Positions 1 through 18,147 of a stretch of 64,000 bases of DNA are shown one piece after another (the stretch's first letter is position 1; every line of letters begins with the position of its first letter). This DNA comes from Octopus vulgaris (Eukaryota). The stretch spans positions 58,280,001 to 58,344,000 of the forward strand of contig OX597831.1 of assembly GCA_951406725.2 (NCBI GenBank), read 5' to 3'. A program made the translations under genes and the position numbers. The notes under the pieces were generated by a model, which saw nothing but the letters and a program-made list of their open reading frames with translations, was not told where the DNA came from and did not search any database.

Positions 1-150
1 CCGTCACTTAGCGGTTCGGCAAAAGAGACCGATAGAATAAGTACTGGGCTTACAAAAGAATAAGTCCCGGGGTCGATTTGCTCGACTAAAGGCGGTGCTC
101 CAGCATGGCCGCAGTCAAATGACTGAAACAAGTAAAAGAGTAAAGAGTAT
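1..150 (+). mobile_element. 3' part of tRNA-derived CORE-type SINE (family A)
   Basis: Near-identical to 47471-47620, the 3' half of a full-length copy. Confidence 0.85.
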
Positions 151-429
151 AGGAAATGGATAGAAATTAAACTTAAAACCTAACAATGGGATACTTTAAT
201 ACGTAAGAGAAAGCTCATAAGGTCTTTCCTAAGCATATTGTTAAGGTGGTCGTGATAAAACCTTTCCACAATGAATGTAATGTTGAATTATATTATCATC
301 TGAGTAGGAGTATTATAGTATATATTAAAGCAAAACAAGGATTATTATTCTCTTTAGAGGTGGATGAGTATAAGATATCGAAAATATGGAATCGAATGTA
401 AGGGGTAATCTAATTAGAGTTATACTAAA

Positions 430-1422
<993 letters not shown>

Positions 1423-1493
1423 ATATGTATATGAATATATATGTATATATATGTATATACATGTATATATATATATATGTATATATATATATG

Positions 1494-1602
<109 letters not shown>

Positions 1603-2838
1603 AATATCCATTTATATGAATAAACATATATATTTGCAGATATGTATGTTATGTTCAATGTAAAATTTTAGATGTCGCATATAAAAGCTGTCACTAAAAA
1701 AGGTAAATAACACACCAGGCAATAGTTGTTGTACGTTGTTTAGTAGAAGTTTCTGTATTTTTTCGTACCAAAACTGTACAATCTTACAAGTCATGGAAAC
1801 AAGAAAATATGTCAGCAAAAGTATTACAAATATCTAGGAAAACACGAAAAAAAATTGGAAAAGAAATAAATAAAAGAAAGAACATGAGACAAATATGAAT
1901 TCATTTCGACATCATAAACAACAGCATCCACAACAGAAAACATCAACAACAACAACAGCTACAAAAAAATATCAACAGTAATATCAGTAATAGCAGTAAC
2001 AATTACACGAACAAAAACAAATAAAAAACAGTATCAGTAATAAGACCAGCAAGTGCGACTACAGCGATTCAATGAAAAAACAGAATGTACCAACGCGAGG
2101 AAGAAGTATTAGAACAGCAACGACGCTATTAGCAGAAGCTACAGCAACTATAACGACAAACGTAGCGTATGTATTGAAAACAGCCGCAGCATCATGACAA
2201 CGAAGGAAATTGAAAAATAACACTGACAACAACTCCAGCTATAGCAGTAATATCACTATCGCCAAGGAAAAATAATAGAAAACAAAAATAAAATTAAAAC
2301 TAAACAAAGCGAAAACAAATATGGCCGAAGGAACATAGCTTATAAGACCGTTTCTGAGTTCTCAAAACAAATACTTAAGGTTTTACGTGTGTCGTATAGT
2401 AGGCTGGATCTTGTCGATCTATCGATACTATGAAAGCAATTAATAAGCAAGAGCTTCGTAAATGGTTGTTTAAAATCTAAAACTTAACAATAACCCAAAT
2501 ATTTACAGAGTGTAGATAAGGCCGACTGGAGTTGGTCTGTTTTTGTTTTTTTTTAATGGTAACTAGTGAAAGTAGTAGAGATGTTCCACTATAATCAGAA
2601 CTTATCAGTGGAGCAGATGCTATCTTGTTGGTACGATGAAGAGTGACCAATATACTTACATGAACACATACCTACGCACACGTACACACACACACTCACA
2701 CACACACACATACACACACACATACATGTATATACGTGTATGTATGTATATATGCATATGCGTATATCTGTATGTATATATATATGTGAGTGTGTCTATA
2801 TATATATATATGTATGTCTCTCACTCGCTCTCTCTATC

Positions 2839-2871
<33 letters not shown>

Positions 2872-2874
2872 ATA

Positions 2875-3165
2875 TCTCTATATATATAAAACTGAGAAAG
2901 TGTGTCTGTCTGTCTGACTGTGTGTTTCCCTAAAACTTGAGAACTACACAACCAATTTCATTCAAATTTTACACATGCCTTACTTAGGGTTCATGTAGTG
3001 CCACGGGCAAAAAAACTTCTAACTTCTTGCCTAGGACGAGCCTACAACAATATCATATCTTCTCCACTATTTCAGTATTACGTGTTAAAAGTGAAACAAT
3101 AACATCTCTCTATTGTAATGTCAGATACTTTCACTTTAATACTGAAACAATTAAAGTCAAACTAT
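2875..3165 (+). mobile_element. 5' end of non-autonomous Helitron-like repeat
   Basis: A|TCTCTATATATATAAAA start followed by a (GTCT)n tract, resembling the 5' end of the element at 43453-43855. Confidence 0.5.
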
Positions 3166-3549
3166 TATATAGAGGGATGAACCATTAACAGTGGACATCC
3201 ATTTTGCTAAAAGAAGATCCACTATGGTCTTGTATGCTACACCACTGGTTTTCAATTCATATCAATCAAATTAATATTCAATTTCTCACCCTTATTATTT
3301 TAAATTTAAATTTAAACCCAGACCCATGTGTTTTGGAACGAAGTTTGTTACCGCACAGCCACACCTGCACCTATGTATGTGTGTGAGTATGTTTGTATAG
3401 CTGTATATGTATAGATTTATTTCTATACATAAAGATGTATATGTATACATGTATATGAGTAGATGTGTATATATATATATATAGATGTACACATATATTC
3501 ACATATATACATGCTTACATATATACACCAATACACACATACACACACA

Positions 3550-3947
3550 CAGGTGCAGGTGTAGCTGTGTGGTAACAAACTTCGTTCCAAAACATATGGT
3601 CCTCAGTTCAATCCCACTGTGTAGTGACTTGGCATGTGTCTTCTGCTATAGCCTCAGACCAACCAAAGCTTTGTCAGTGGATTTTGTAGACAGAAACTGA
3701 AAGAAATCAATCGTATATATATGTATGTATATATGTAAGTCTGTGTGTGTGTGTGTCTTTGTGTTTCTCCCAAATCACTGCCTCACAACTGGTGTTCATT
3801 TATTTACATCCCCATAACTTACTGGTTTCACAAGAAGAAACTGATAGAATAAGTACCAGGCTTATCAAAATAAAAAAAACCCCACTAGGCAGTATCTCAT
3901 ATGTTTGTTTGCCCGCACAATTTATCTTTGTGTGTGTGTGTGTGAGT

Positions 3948-4019
<72 letters not shown>

Positions 4020-4279
4020 TTCGTAGACAGAAACTTAAAGAAATCAATCGTATATATATATGTATGTATATATTTAAGTGTATGTGTGTGAATTTGTTTT
4101 TGTGTTTCACCCTCATCACTGCTTCACAACTGCTCTTCGTTTATCTACATCCCCATAACTTACTGGTTTCAAAAAGAAGAAACTAATAGAATAAGTACCA
4201 GGCTTATCAACATAAAAAACCACTACGCTGTGTCTCATATTTTTGTTTGCCCACTCAGTTGTATCTATCAATTTATCTT

Positions 4280-4290
<11 letters not shown>
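3550..4290 (+). mobile_element. Family A SINE with local tandem duplication of its 3' two-thirds
   Basis: tRNA-like head and CORE-like segment; 3680-3950 repeated at 4015-4290. Confidence 0.75.
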
Positions 4291-4332
<42 letters not shown>

Positions 4333-4415
4333 ATTCGAGACAAAACCACTATTTTAAAATCAAACAAGGAAAGACTTAATCAATACATAAATTTTAATAT
4401 AAATTAAATAAACCG

Positions 4416-4459
4416 CCACTACAATTGTTTCCTGTCTGCTACTGACATTCTTCAGGTGG
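4416..4459 (-). ncRNA. Type I hammerhead ribozyme (copy 1 of 296-bp tandem duplication)
   Basis: Minus strand: ccac-CTGAAGA-atgtc agtagca gacag-GAAA-caattg-TA-gtgg; first stem II pair is an A.G mismatch. Confidence 0.7.
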
Positions 4460-4499
4460 ATTTTCGATCTTCTAATCAGTATCAAATTATGTGTGTGTG

Positions 4500-4547
<48 letters not shown>

Positions 4548-4711
4548 CACACACACACACACGTACGCATATATATATATATATATGTATACATGTATGT
4601 ATATGTGTACATTCATATTTATAATATAATTCGAGACAAAACCACTATTTTAAAATCAGACAAGGAAAGACTTAATCAATACATAAATTTTAATATAAAT
4701 TAAATAAACCG

Positions 4712-4755
4712 CCACTACAATTGTTTCCTGTCTGCTACTGACATTCTTCAGGTGG
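4712..4755 (-). ncRNA. Type I hammerhead ribozyme (copy 2)
   Basis: Identical to 4416-4459, 296 bp downstream. Confidence 0.7.
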
Positions 4756-4794
4756 ATTTTCGATCTTCTAATCAGTATCAAATTATGTTGTGTG

Positions 4795-4872
<78 letters not shown>

Positions 4873-4934
4873 GCACGTACGCATATATATATATATATAT
4901 ATGTATACATGTATGTATATGTGTACATTCATAT

Positions 4935-6604
4935 TTATTATATCAAAGACAATGATTTTATGTGTTCGTGTATTACTTATACATTCGAAAATTGCTGCAC
5001 CGATCATAATGAAATTTGGAACACAAAATCCAAGCCTAGGGAGAAGGGTAATGCTGTGTGTTTCATACGTCATGGACCAAAATTACTGAATGATCCTTAT
5101 GATATTTGAAACTTAGATTCAATGCATAAGGGCGGGTATAATGCAATATGTTTGGTTTGAATTTCAGATGGCTTAAAGGGGGCAGAACCCCCAAGGAAAT
5201 TCATAAATTTTCGATGTTGATGAAATTTCAACCATGGGTTATTGACACACATCAAGAAGTATTCTCAAAGTTTCCACTTCACATGATGATTCTAAGACAC
5301 CCAAATGGGGGCCTTAACTCCCAAATTTTAGTCATTTCTCTTATGATCCAAAACTAAGTCAAAAGTACTGAATGGATCTTTACGAAATTTGGAAATTATA
5401 TTCTATGCATAAGGGCCACAACCCCCATGACAATGCATATATTTTTGCTGTTGAGGAAATTTTAACCATAGATATTAGACACAAATGAAGTAATATTTAT
5501 AAAATTTCGTCTTCTTACAAGTTAGAAAGACCCCTCCATGGGGACTTAACACCCACAATTTTGTCATTTTATCAAAGCAAAAACGATTACAGTTGTGCTC
5601 ATGGAAGCTGTAGGGTTACCCGAGCATAAAAGTTGAGCATTATTTCTAATTCAATGGTACAACAGTGTAACAGTTTGCTTTGACATACACTTACATTGTA
5701 ATTTCTGAAATGTGCTGCATAAATTGTTAAGTAAATGAGAGGAATCTTTGTCTCCACTGATTCAGTTGCAAAGTGTTGAGTAAAGTTATTTGATTGCAGA
5801 CCTCCTTTCAGTCATTTTATTATCACTCGGTCACACATAGTCCCCAGATGGTAACATTGATTTCAAGGCTTTCCCAGATGAGTGACTGGTTATTCAAAGA
5901 CATTTATAGATTGTAAATTTATTCTGTCCAGTTACATATCCGTATAGTGGTCATTTGCAAACTGCAACTTTCATTTCTCCTTAGCCCTCACGTCACACAG
6001 TTGTTAGTGTTTATTTCAGTTGGGTCACGCCCTTCCAATTGCTATAAATTCGTAAAGCATCTTACGGCTGTGCCTGTCACCTGGATGGTGAGGAACCCTA
6101 CATTGGGAGTGGTAACGACTAGGGTTCTGTAACTGACTGCTTATTGTGATCCTTCGTCTTTTGTTTCCTGTAGCTTTGCTCTCTTTTACAAACCAGTGAA
6201 CATATATTTCCTATTTCAAAGAAATTCAAACAATAGATATAAGACCCAAGTAAAAAAGATTCTCAACAATTCAACTTCTCTGGTTGATATTAAGATGCCC
6301 ACCTCCAACAGGGGCCTTAACTCTCACATTTTAGAGCTCTATGACCTTCATTTTTCAGGAGCAAAATCTTTTTAACAGGTTAAAAAAAAACTGGAATTTT
6401 GGAATATGCGCATAAAAATCAGTAATATGGGATATATGTGGCGCGATTACAATTTTTGGGGGTCTGTAAAGAGGGAAATAACCCTCATCTGCAATTTTGA
6501 TGAAATTCGAAACATAGATATTCCAGTTCATTAGAGAAAATATAACAGAAATGTCTAATTCTTCAATTGTATGTAACACAGGAAACGCCGGGTATCTCTG
6601 CTAG
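4935..6604 (+). mobile_element. Helitron-like non-autonomous relic with internal degenerate repeats
   Basis: Ends caggaaacgccgggtatctctgCTAG|T, like the 3' hairpin + CTAG of 43453-43855; internal repeated blocks (about 5080-5350 and 5360-5570). Confidence 0.5.
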
Positions 6605-6610
6605 TATATA

Positions 6611-6671
<61 letters not shown>

Positions 6672-6749
6672 ATACACATGCAAACACACACAAACACATA
6701 TATATATAAGATAGCTTCACGGAACTGAGAAGATAGTTTTTGTGTGTGG

Positions 6750-7945
6750 AAGATGCACAGGGGCAATAAACACCGAAGATGTACAGAAAACAGATTCCAT
6801 CACATGCCAAGGGAAAAAACTAGAAGTAGTTGATAGCTTCCGTTACCTAGGTGACCAAGTCAGTAGCAGGAGTAGAGTGGATGGCTCGAGAGCGTAGCTG
6901 CTAGAATAAGAATAGCCTGGGCAATGTTCAGAGAGTTCCTACTCTGCTGGTGACAAAGGGCCTCTCGCTCAGATTGAAAGGTAGATTGTATGATGCATGT
7001 GTACGAATTGCCATGCTACACGGCAGTGAAACATGGGCTGTGACTGCTGATGACAGGCGTAGACTTGAAAGAAATGAAGCTTGTATGCTCTGCTGGATGA
7101 GTAATGTCAGTGTGCATACACCAAAGAGTGTAAGCACTCCGAGAGAAAAGTTGGACATAAGAAGCATCAAATGTGGTGTGCAAGAGAGACGACTGCGCTG
7201 GCGTGGCTATGTGGTGCTTATGGATGAGGAGCTGTGTGAACAAGTGTCATACCTTAACAGTGAAGGGAACCTGTGGAAGAGGTAAACCCAGGAAGACCCG
7301 AGATAAGGTGGTGAAGCACAACCTCCGAACCTTGGGCCTCACTGAGGCAATGGTAAGCGACCGCAAATTTTGGAGATATGCTATGCTTGGGAAGAGCCGG
7401 CAAGCTAAGTGAGATCGTAGCCGTGGCCAATGCCAGTATCGCATAACCAGCCCTTTTAAAAGTGCCCTTCGATCGTCGAGCAATATGCTGTGCTTGAGAA
7501 GACCTGTTGTGTCAAGTGAAATCGTAGTCGTGGCCGATTCCAGTTCGGCCTGACTGGCACCCGTGCCGGTGGCACGTAAAGAGCATCATTCGAACATGGT
7601 CGATGCCAGTGCCGCCTGACTGGTTCCCGTACCGGTGGCACGTAAAAGGCACCATTCAAACGTGGTCGATGCCAGTGCCGCCTGACTGGCTCCCGTGCTG
7701 GTGGCACGTGAAAGGTACCATTCGAGCGTGGTCGATGCCAGGGCCGCCTGACTTCCCCCCATACCCCCACTATACTCTCTGAGTTGCTGGCGTTAGGAAA
7801 AGCTTGTAGCTGTAGAAACCTTGCCAGATCAGATTGGAGCCTGGTGCAACCTTCTGGCTTGCCAGTCCTCAGTCAAACGGTCCAACCCATGCTAGAATGG
7901 AAAGCTGAGGTTAAACGATGATGAGGATGATGGTGATGATGATGA
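6750..7945 (+). mobile_element. RTE-clade LINE 3' fragment (degenerate)
   Basis: Peptides ...EVVDSFRYLGDQ... and KGRLYDACVRIAMLHGSETWAVT...RLERNE; about 62-bp tandem repeats in the 3' UTR (7525-7752); (GAT)n tail. Confidence 0.85.
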
Positions 7946-8304
7946 TATATTTGTATTTAATTCAACTGGTCATTTTCTTAAATTTTTTCTTCTTTTGATA
8001 CTAAATATACTGTGGGGGTAATTTGTCTTTCGTATTTGTGTGGTTAGTTACAGTTGATCGAATTTTTCCAAATCTCCGTTATATATGCGACTCTTTTGCA
8101 ATACTTGGTAAGAAAAATGCTTTGTCAACAATAACAATAAAGGCAACAGTAACAATTTTAAAAAGGCTAGCAAAAGCAGCAGCAGCCGTAGCAGCAGCAA
8201 CAGCACACGCACCAACAATAACAACACACTAAGAGCAAAGGGAATAGAACTAAGAACAAAAACGAACAAAGCAGGAACACTAACATGAATAATAATAATA
8301 TTAT

Positions 8305-11001
<2,697 letters not shown>

Positions 11002-11020
11002 AATGATAATAATAATGATG

Positions 11021-11101
<81 letters not shown>

Positions 11102-11102
11102 C

Positions 11103-11135
<33 letters not shown>

Positions 11136-11185
11136 TGATAATAATAATAGTAGTAATAATAATAATAATAATAATAATGATAGTG

Positions 11186-11246
<61 letters not shown>

Positions 11247-11659
11247 TGATGATGATGATGATGAAGATGATGATGATGATGATAATAATAATCATGAATG
11301 ACAATGATGATGATGATGGTGATGAGAGAAAAAAATTGGAAAAAAAAATAGAGGGGGAAAGAATATTTTGCCGTGGGATAAAAATTCAGAAATAAATGTC
11401 AAAAAGTATTTTTCGAGTAAAAACTACTGTGAGAAGTAACATAAGTTTTCAGGAAAAGACAAAAAAAAAAAAGATGCGAATAATACATATATAACAACAA
11501 GCACAAATTGTCAGACGCATGCACAGGCACGCACGAACGCACGCACAAGCAGATACCACCCCTACACACACTCAAGTAGACATCCCTCAAGCGCACATAT
11601 ATAAATGCGCACCACACACACACATATGGATACAGACATACATACTCACAGAAACATGC

Positions 11660-11708
<49 letters not shown>

Positions 11709-11819
11709 TAATATATGTATATATATGTAAATATATGTATACATATATACATATATATATATATATTCACACTTCTGCATATACGTATATATATGTATGT
11801 GAAATCATAGGCACATATA

Positions 11820-11855
<36 letters not shown>

Positions 11856-11856
11856 C

Positions 11857-11912
<56 letters not shown>

Positions 11913-12095
11913 TTATATATATGTAAAACTATACTTTTACATAAACATTTACATGTGTGTATAGATATGCATACGCACATATATATCCATGTATGCATAT
12001 ATATGTGGGTGGGTGTATATCTAAATATCTATCTATCTATCTATATATATATACATATATGTATATATATATACATATATATATACATATATGTA

Positions 12096-12217
<122 letters not shown>

Positions 12218-12455
12218 GTGTACAACTGTCTGAAGAGGGAAGTTAGAGTAACATTATTATCTATGTAAATGGATAGATAGAATCTAAGAGCACAAAGATG
12301 AACGCAAATCAAGTTAGCCGAGGCAGATTTGGCATAAAAGTGCATATCGTGCTTATGTGTGTCTACAAATATAACTGTCTGCATTGGTTGTCAGTAAACA
12401 TTTGTTTTGCTAACATCGAGGTTATATATATATCTTAAATAAATCTTCATTTGCC

Positions 12456-12559
<104 letters not shown>

Positions 12560-12568
12560 AATCAATCA

Positions 12569-12638
<70 letters not shown>

Positions 12639-12672
12639 ATATCTATCTATCAATCAATTAATCTATCTATCA

Positions 12673-12728
<56 letters not shown>

Positions 12729-12754
12729 GCTGTCTGGCTGTCAACACATACTTT

Positions 12755-12908
12755 TGTGGCTGTGTGGTAAGAAGCTTGCTTCCCAATCACATATGGTTTA
12801 GGGTTCAGTCTCACTACGTGTCCCTTGGGCAAGTGTCTTCTACTATAGCTTCGGGCGCGCAAAGACTTGTGAGTAGAATTGGCAGACGGAAACTGAAAGA
12901 AGTCCGTC

Positions 12909-12972
<64 letters not shown>

Positions 12973-13302
12973 TAATAAAAAGGGTTCAGCAAAAGAATTT
13001 TGCTAAAATTACTAAATTACTAAAGTTTACCGTGTTAACGGTCCTGTTTTCATACCGAATTCTACAATTTATTGATTACCTCTTAATTAATTAATTTTAC
13101 CCTTTGTTATTATATATATATGTGATATGTGATTGTGTGTGAGTGTGATTGTGTGATTATGTTTGTGTTTCTCCCCACCACTTGACAACCGGCGTTAATT
13201 CTTCGTAACCTAGCGGCGTTAAGTCTTCGTAACCTAGCGGTTCGGCATGAGACACCGATAGAATAAGTACTGGGTCGATTGTTTTGACTAAAACCTTTCA
13301 AA

Positions 13303-13303
<1 letters not shown>
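12755..13303 (+). mobile_element. Family A SINE whose internal (TA)n holds a short insert (12971-13110)
   Basis: Head and CORE-like segment 12755-12910; tail 13150-13303; insert resembles the 3' end of 46440-46516. Confidence 0.7.
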
Positions 13304-13343
<40 letters not shown>

Positions 13344-14074
13344 ACTATATATGCTTGTATATATGTATTTATGTATGAATGTGTGTGCGTGTGTGTGTGT
13401 TTGTGACTGTATGTGTGTATTTGACTTTATACGTGCATGTGTAAAGTCCCAGACAATGTTGCAAGATGATGGCTCCGATTCTCAGACCGAGTGACACATT
13501 GTGTTCTTGAGTAAGACACTATATTTCGCGTTGTTACAATGCACTCAGCTGTAAATGAGCAGCCCTCCGATGGCCTAGTTTTCATTTAAGGGGAATACCG
13601 GTCTGCCTGTCAACCTAGCCTGGTGGTACAAGGCTGGTAAGCTAAAAAGAGCACAAAGCGAAGCGCATTGTGTCTAGCGGTGTATAACAACTTCAAATCA
13701 TCTAATCGATATTGGTATATATATACGTACATACATACATACATACATACATACATACATACATACATACATACATACACACACATACACACATACACAC
13801 ACACGAGTAAGTTCAGAAAATTGTCACAATGGTATTAAGAATGGTTGAGACGTTTGAGCCTTTGGGCGTTCTGGCTAAACATTGTCTTAAGGCATTTAAA
13901 AAATATTTAAAAGTTTATTTAAATTGCCAGGCTACCTCAAAGAAGTGCTAACATGCAAGTAGTAATGTCCCCTGAAGCAACGATTGTTCAAGGAAATTCT
14001 AACAGGCAGATATCGGCAGTTTGCAGTGAATGGACATTGTAAAAACTGTATAATTGTCACAAGTTGGTATGAGT

Positions 14075-14305
14075 GTGGCGAGCTGGCAGAATCGTTAGCA
14101 CGTCGGGCGAAATGCTTTGCGGTATTTCGGCTGCCGTTACGTTGTGAGTTCAAATTCCGTCGAGGTCGACTTTGCCTTTCATCTTTTCGGGGTCGATAAA
14201 TTAAGTACCAGTTACGCACTGGGGTCGATGTAATCGACTTAATTCGTTTGTCTGTCCTTGCTTGTCCCCTCTGTGTTTAAGCCCCTTGTGGGTAGTAAAG
14301 AAATA
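14075..14305 (+). mobile_element. tRNA-derived SINE family B (Meta-domain-like core)
   Basis: ggcgagctggcagaa...gcctttcatcttttcggggtcgataaattaagtacc; TSD ggtatgagt. Confidence 0.85.
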
Positions 14306-14723
14306 GGTATGAGTAAAAGCAGAGAATATATATAATATGCATTAATTTCTGAAGATTTTAAAAATATAATTTAAAGTTGGTTTAAAATTGTATGGCTACC
14401 TCAAGAAAGTGCTGATATACAAATATCGGCGGTTTGCAGTGAATGGGCATTGTAAACACTGTAGCAGAAGGCGAAGTGAAAATAGACGAAGTGAAAGAAT
14501 AATGTCCTTTGAAGCAACGATCGTTGGTATTTGTTATCTACATATGAGAAGGTAGTTTTGTCCCTTAGAGGCGGAATTACTCTTTATGCGGCAAACTGGA
14601 AGTCTATGACCATCTCGGGATTATAAGGGATGTATGTTCCCAGAGTGAATGAAATCGGATGAAAAATACTGATTTTAAAGGGATCAAGAAAAATACCTAT
14701 ATATATATATAAATATACATACC

Positions 14724-14827
<104 letters not shown>

Positions 14828-14832
14828 AATAT

Positions 14833-15145
14833 GTGGAGGCGCAAGGGCTCAGTGGTTAGGGCAGCGGACACGCGGTCGTTTGATCACGGTTTCGATTCCC
14901 AGACCGGGCGTTGTGAGTGTTTATTGAGCGAAAACACCTAAAGCTCCACGAGGCTCCGGCAGGGGGTGGTGACGACCCCTGCTGTACTCTTTCGCCACAA
15001 CTTTCTCTCACTCTTTCCTCTTGGCCTGCTCGCTTAGCCTGCGGGGTGGCGTCATATGAAGGCTAAAACAATGCGAAGCGCATTGTGGCCAGCGATGTGT
15101 AGCAACATCTGATAGCCTGGTCGGTCACGGTGATCACGGTGATAT
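14833..15145 (+). mobile_element. tRNA-derived SINE family C
   Basis: A/B-box head ggaggcgcaagggctcagtggttag...ggtttcgattccc; near-identical to 26824-27140. Confidence 0.85.
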
Positions 15146-15165
15146 ATAAATATACATACCTACAA

Positions 15166-15217
<52 letters not shown>

Positions 15218-15724
15218 CAAATAAAATAAAAAACAGAACACAAAGGTGGCAGAGTATACGCTAGATATTTGATATATTCTTATCAAGTATTCACCCTAAA
15301 TTTGCAGTAGTCAGTAATTGTATACATAATTATAATGAGGGGCCCGCTTATTGGCTCGCCACGTACTGAATTTAGTTTGTTCATCAACTTACGGATTATT
15401 CATTTTACAAATGAGAACATCAAAAGCATACAAAATATTATATAAATCAATAGATAATAATACAAATACAGATTTTAAAAGTCATATTATAATTTATTAA
15501 AATCCATAAACTACTTCTTACAGCTGTTTTAGCCTATGGTCAAAAGTGAATAAGAATTTTATTAACCCCGGTGTTTAAACTTTTAAGCTCGTCAACGTGA
15601 ACAGCTTATAAGATATGAGTTTTAATCGGAGGCCGATATTTTGTGGATCATATTTCCCCAAACCCATAAACATCCGTAGAATTTATATCATTATTAATAA
15701 GAAGGGTGGAAAGATCAAGTCGTT

Positions 15725-16118
15725 TTACTACATAAATTTACAATTGTTTCATCGGCATTCTAACCCAAGATTATTGCTATATTATTTTCTAATATATCCA
15801 ACTATAGACTCTAGCTGTATCATTATATTGATATACTCGAAAGTCTTCTCATGAGAATCGTGTATTAAATTATATGTTATAGAGAACGTGTATTTTTACG
15901 ATATTATATCCACAGCAAATATATGTGTTCCTATGAATACGTTGACATATCACAAGAAAAAAAAAGGAAGGAAAAAATATACACGATTCTGATGAGTCGA
16001 CATTCAAGCGTATGAATATAATGATAGGGTTTAAGACTATACTTGCATTTATTATATTAAAATATAGCAGTATTGTTGAGTTGGAATGCCAGTGAAACAA
16101 TTATAGATTTATGCAATA
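15725..16118. repeat. Diverged inverted repeat pair carrying decayed HHR cores
   Basis: 15725-15868 aligns in reverse to 15976-16118; cores ctgatga...gaaacaattata (+) and ctcatga...gaaacaattgta (-). Confidence 0.55.
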
Positions 16119-16150
16119 AGACAACTTGCTCACTTCGCTCTCCTTGTTAA

Positions 16151-16210
<60 letters not shown>

Positions 16211-16249
16211 CACGCACGCATGCAAACACACATTCACGGAAGGGCAGAC

Positions 16250-16380
16250 ATCAACAGAAACCGTGCCACAACAGACAGCAGTCTGGACAGCCCCCTGCTA
16301 GCCAGCTCCATGTCAAACCGTCCAATCCATGCCAGCATGGCGAGCGGACGTCATATGATGATGATGATGATGATGATGAT
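16250..16380 (+). mobile_element. RTE LINE 3'-tail fragment
   Basis: gtcaaaccgtccaatccatgccagcatgg...(GAT)n matches 7870-7945. Confidence 0.7.
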
Positions 16381-16471
16381 ACACACATACATATATACAT
16401 ATACATATACATACATACATACATACATAAATACATACATACATACATACATACATACATACATACATACA

Positions 16472-16507
<36 letters not shown>

Positions 16508-16512
16508 TATAT

Positions 16513-16576
<64 letters not shown>

Positions 16577-16779
16577 CGAAGTGTATAATATTATATATCA
16601 ATTACGGCCAATTTTACAGGTCGGTTTCGCACTGGGGGTCATTAGGGGTCCTCGGAGTGTTAGGTTACAATTCGATTAGAGATAGCAGTAATGAAAAATA
16701 TACAAGTGCATATCTTTCTGATTTATGGATTCTGATACTGTGAATCGTTGGCGATTCCTTTTCTATTGGACTTTCCTCT

Positions 16780-16814
16780 GTTTCTGAAGAAGAACTTTTC
16801 TCGAAACGTTAAAC
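16780..16814 (+). ncRNA. Degenerate minimal hammerhead (family of 31886-31920)
   Basis: gttt-CTGAAGA-a-gaacttttctc-GAAA-CG-TT-aaac; flanks homologous to 31800-31975. Confidence 0.5.
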
Positions 16815-17496
16815 CATCTTTCTTACTTTCTCTGAGCGTCTACTAAAAATTTACATGTACCACGTCTTCGCGTTGTTTTTTTTTGTATTTGTTCTTCGTT
16901 TTTTTTATCAAATATATATATATATATATATATAAGCTAAAAGCTAAAACTGACCTGTCCACGATGTTTAATATTCTTTTAACATGGTGGACAGGTCAGT
17001 TTTAGCTTTCCTACGATTATAATGTAAACCTTTTTGAACTCATAATATTCTGTGCGTGTATACCAATATTCCACTGAACTTTTTAATAATTCCTTCTGGA
17101 AATTATCTCGAGAATGTATAATATATTTGTTGTATTCTTTTGTGCCCAATATTTCAATGAACTTGTTAAACTTTTTTATGTTCTTAATATGCTCTTGTCA
17201 GCAAAGAATGTATATATATGTATTGTAGTACTCTGTGTCAACCAATATTCTGGGCGTGTTTTAATATACAGATACAATACCAATATCCCACTGAACTTCT
17301 TAATAATTCCTTCTGGAAACTATCTTTAACATGTTCTTGAGAATGATTATTTATGCTGTAATCTTTTGTGCCCAATATTTTAAGGAACTTGTTAAACTTT
17401 TTTATGTCTTTTACATGTCCTTGTTACCAAAGACTGTATATATGTAATGTAGCATTTTGTAACAACCAATAATTAACTCAACCAAACTTCTACATG

Positions 17497-17541
17497 TTAC
17501 TTTTGACAATCTTTTTCCAAAGAGTGAAACCGGTAAAGTAA
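17497..17541 (+). ncRNA. Degenerate hammerhead with U3-A8 core
   Basis: ttactt-TTGACAA-tcttt ttcc aaagagt-GAAA-ccgg-TA-aagtaa. Confidence 0.55.
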
Positions 17542-17709
17542 ATAAACATCTTTTAAAATTGCATTTTTAAACCTTCTTTCGTATATATATATATATTGCA
17601 TTACTGATATTTTGAAACTTCTTCACCGTTTCTCGTACTGTTAGCGTTCCGTATTTCAGTCGAGTGTGTTAGTATTAATGTGGTAACATCGTAGATTTCG
17701 TCTTGGTAT

Positions 17710-17787
17710 ATGTTTGGCTGAAGAAGGTAAAGCAAAATATGGGTGAGAGACATATCTTGCAAAACCTGAAACCTGCAGGTACCACAT
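17710..17787 (+). ncRNA. Type I hammerhead ribozyme in (TA)n-flanked insert 17596-17978
   Basis: tgg-CTGAAGA-aggt...acct-GAAA-cctgcagg-TA-cca; long stem II (gcaaaatatg/catatcttgc); palindromic stem III. Confidence 0.78.
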
Positions 17788-17976
17788 TATCCATTTTCCG
17801 GGTGTTTCATCTTTCAGATGTTCTCCCTGGAGGTAAGACGGTTTTTTTCCCCTATTTTGTTGCACACACGCATTTTTGCTAATACATACGCGGTGAAGCT
17901 ACACATTAGCGTATATTTTTACGTTCGCTATTTCCAGTAAATATCGGTACTTAGTTGTGCCATTTATTTACTAATT

Positions 17977-18025
<49 letters not shown>

Positions 18026-18100
18026 ATTATATATGTATACCTAGTATATATATATATATATGTGTGTGTGAACCACTATGTGTATACATTTTTATGGGAC

Positions 18101-18147
<47 letters not shown>

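Noticed and set aside
13846-13892. gcc...ggc-taaa-cattg-tc HHR-like fold
   Set aside because: Both core segments are mismatched.
14833-14910. tRNA gene candidates at SINE heads
   Set aside because: A/B boxes run on into SINE bodies and no complete cloverleaf is evident.
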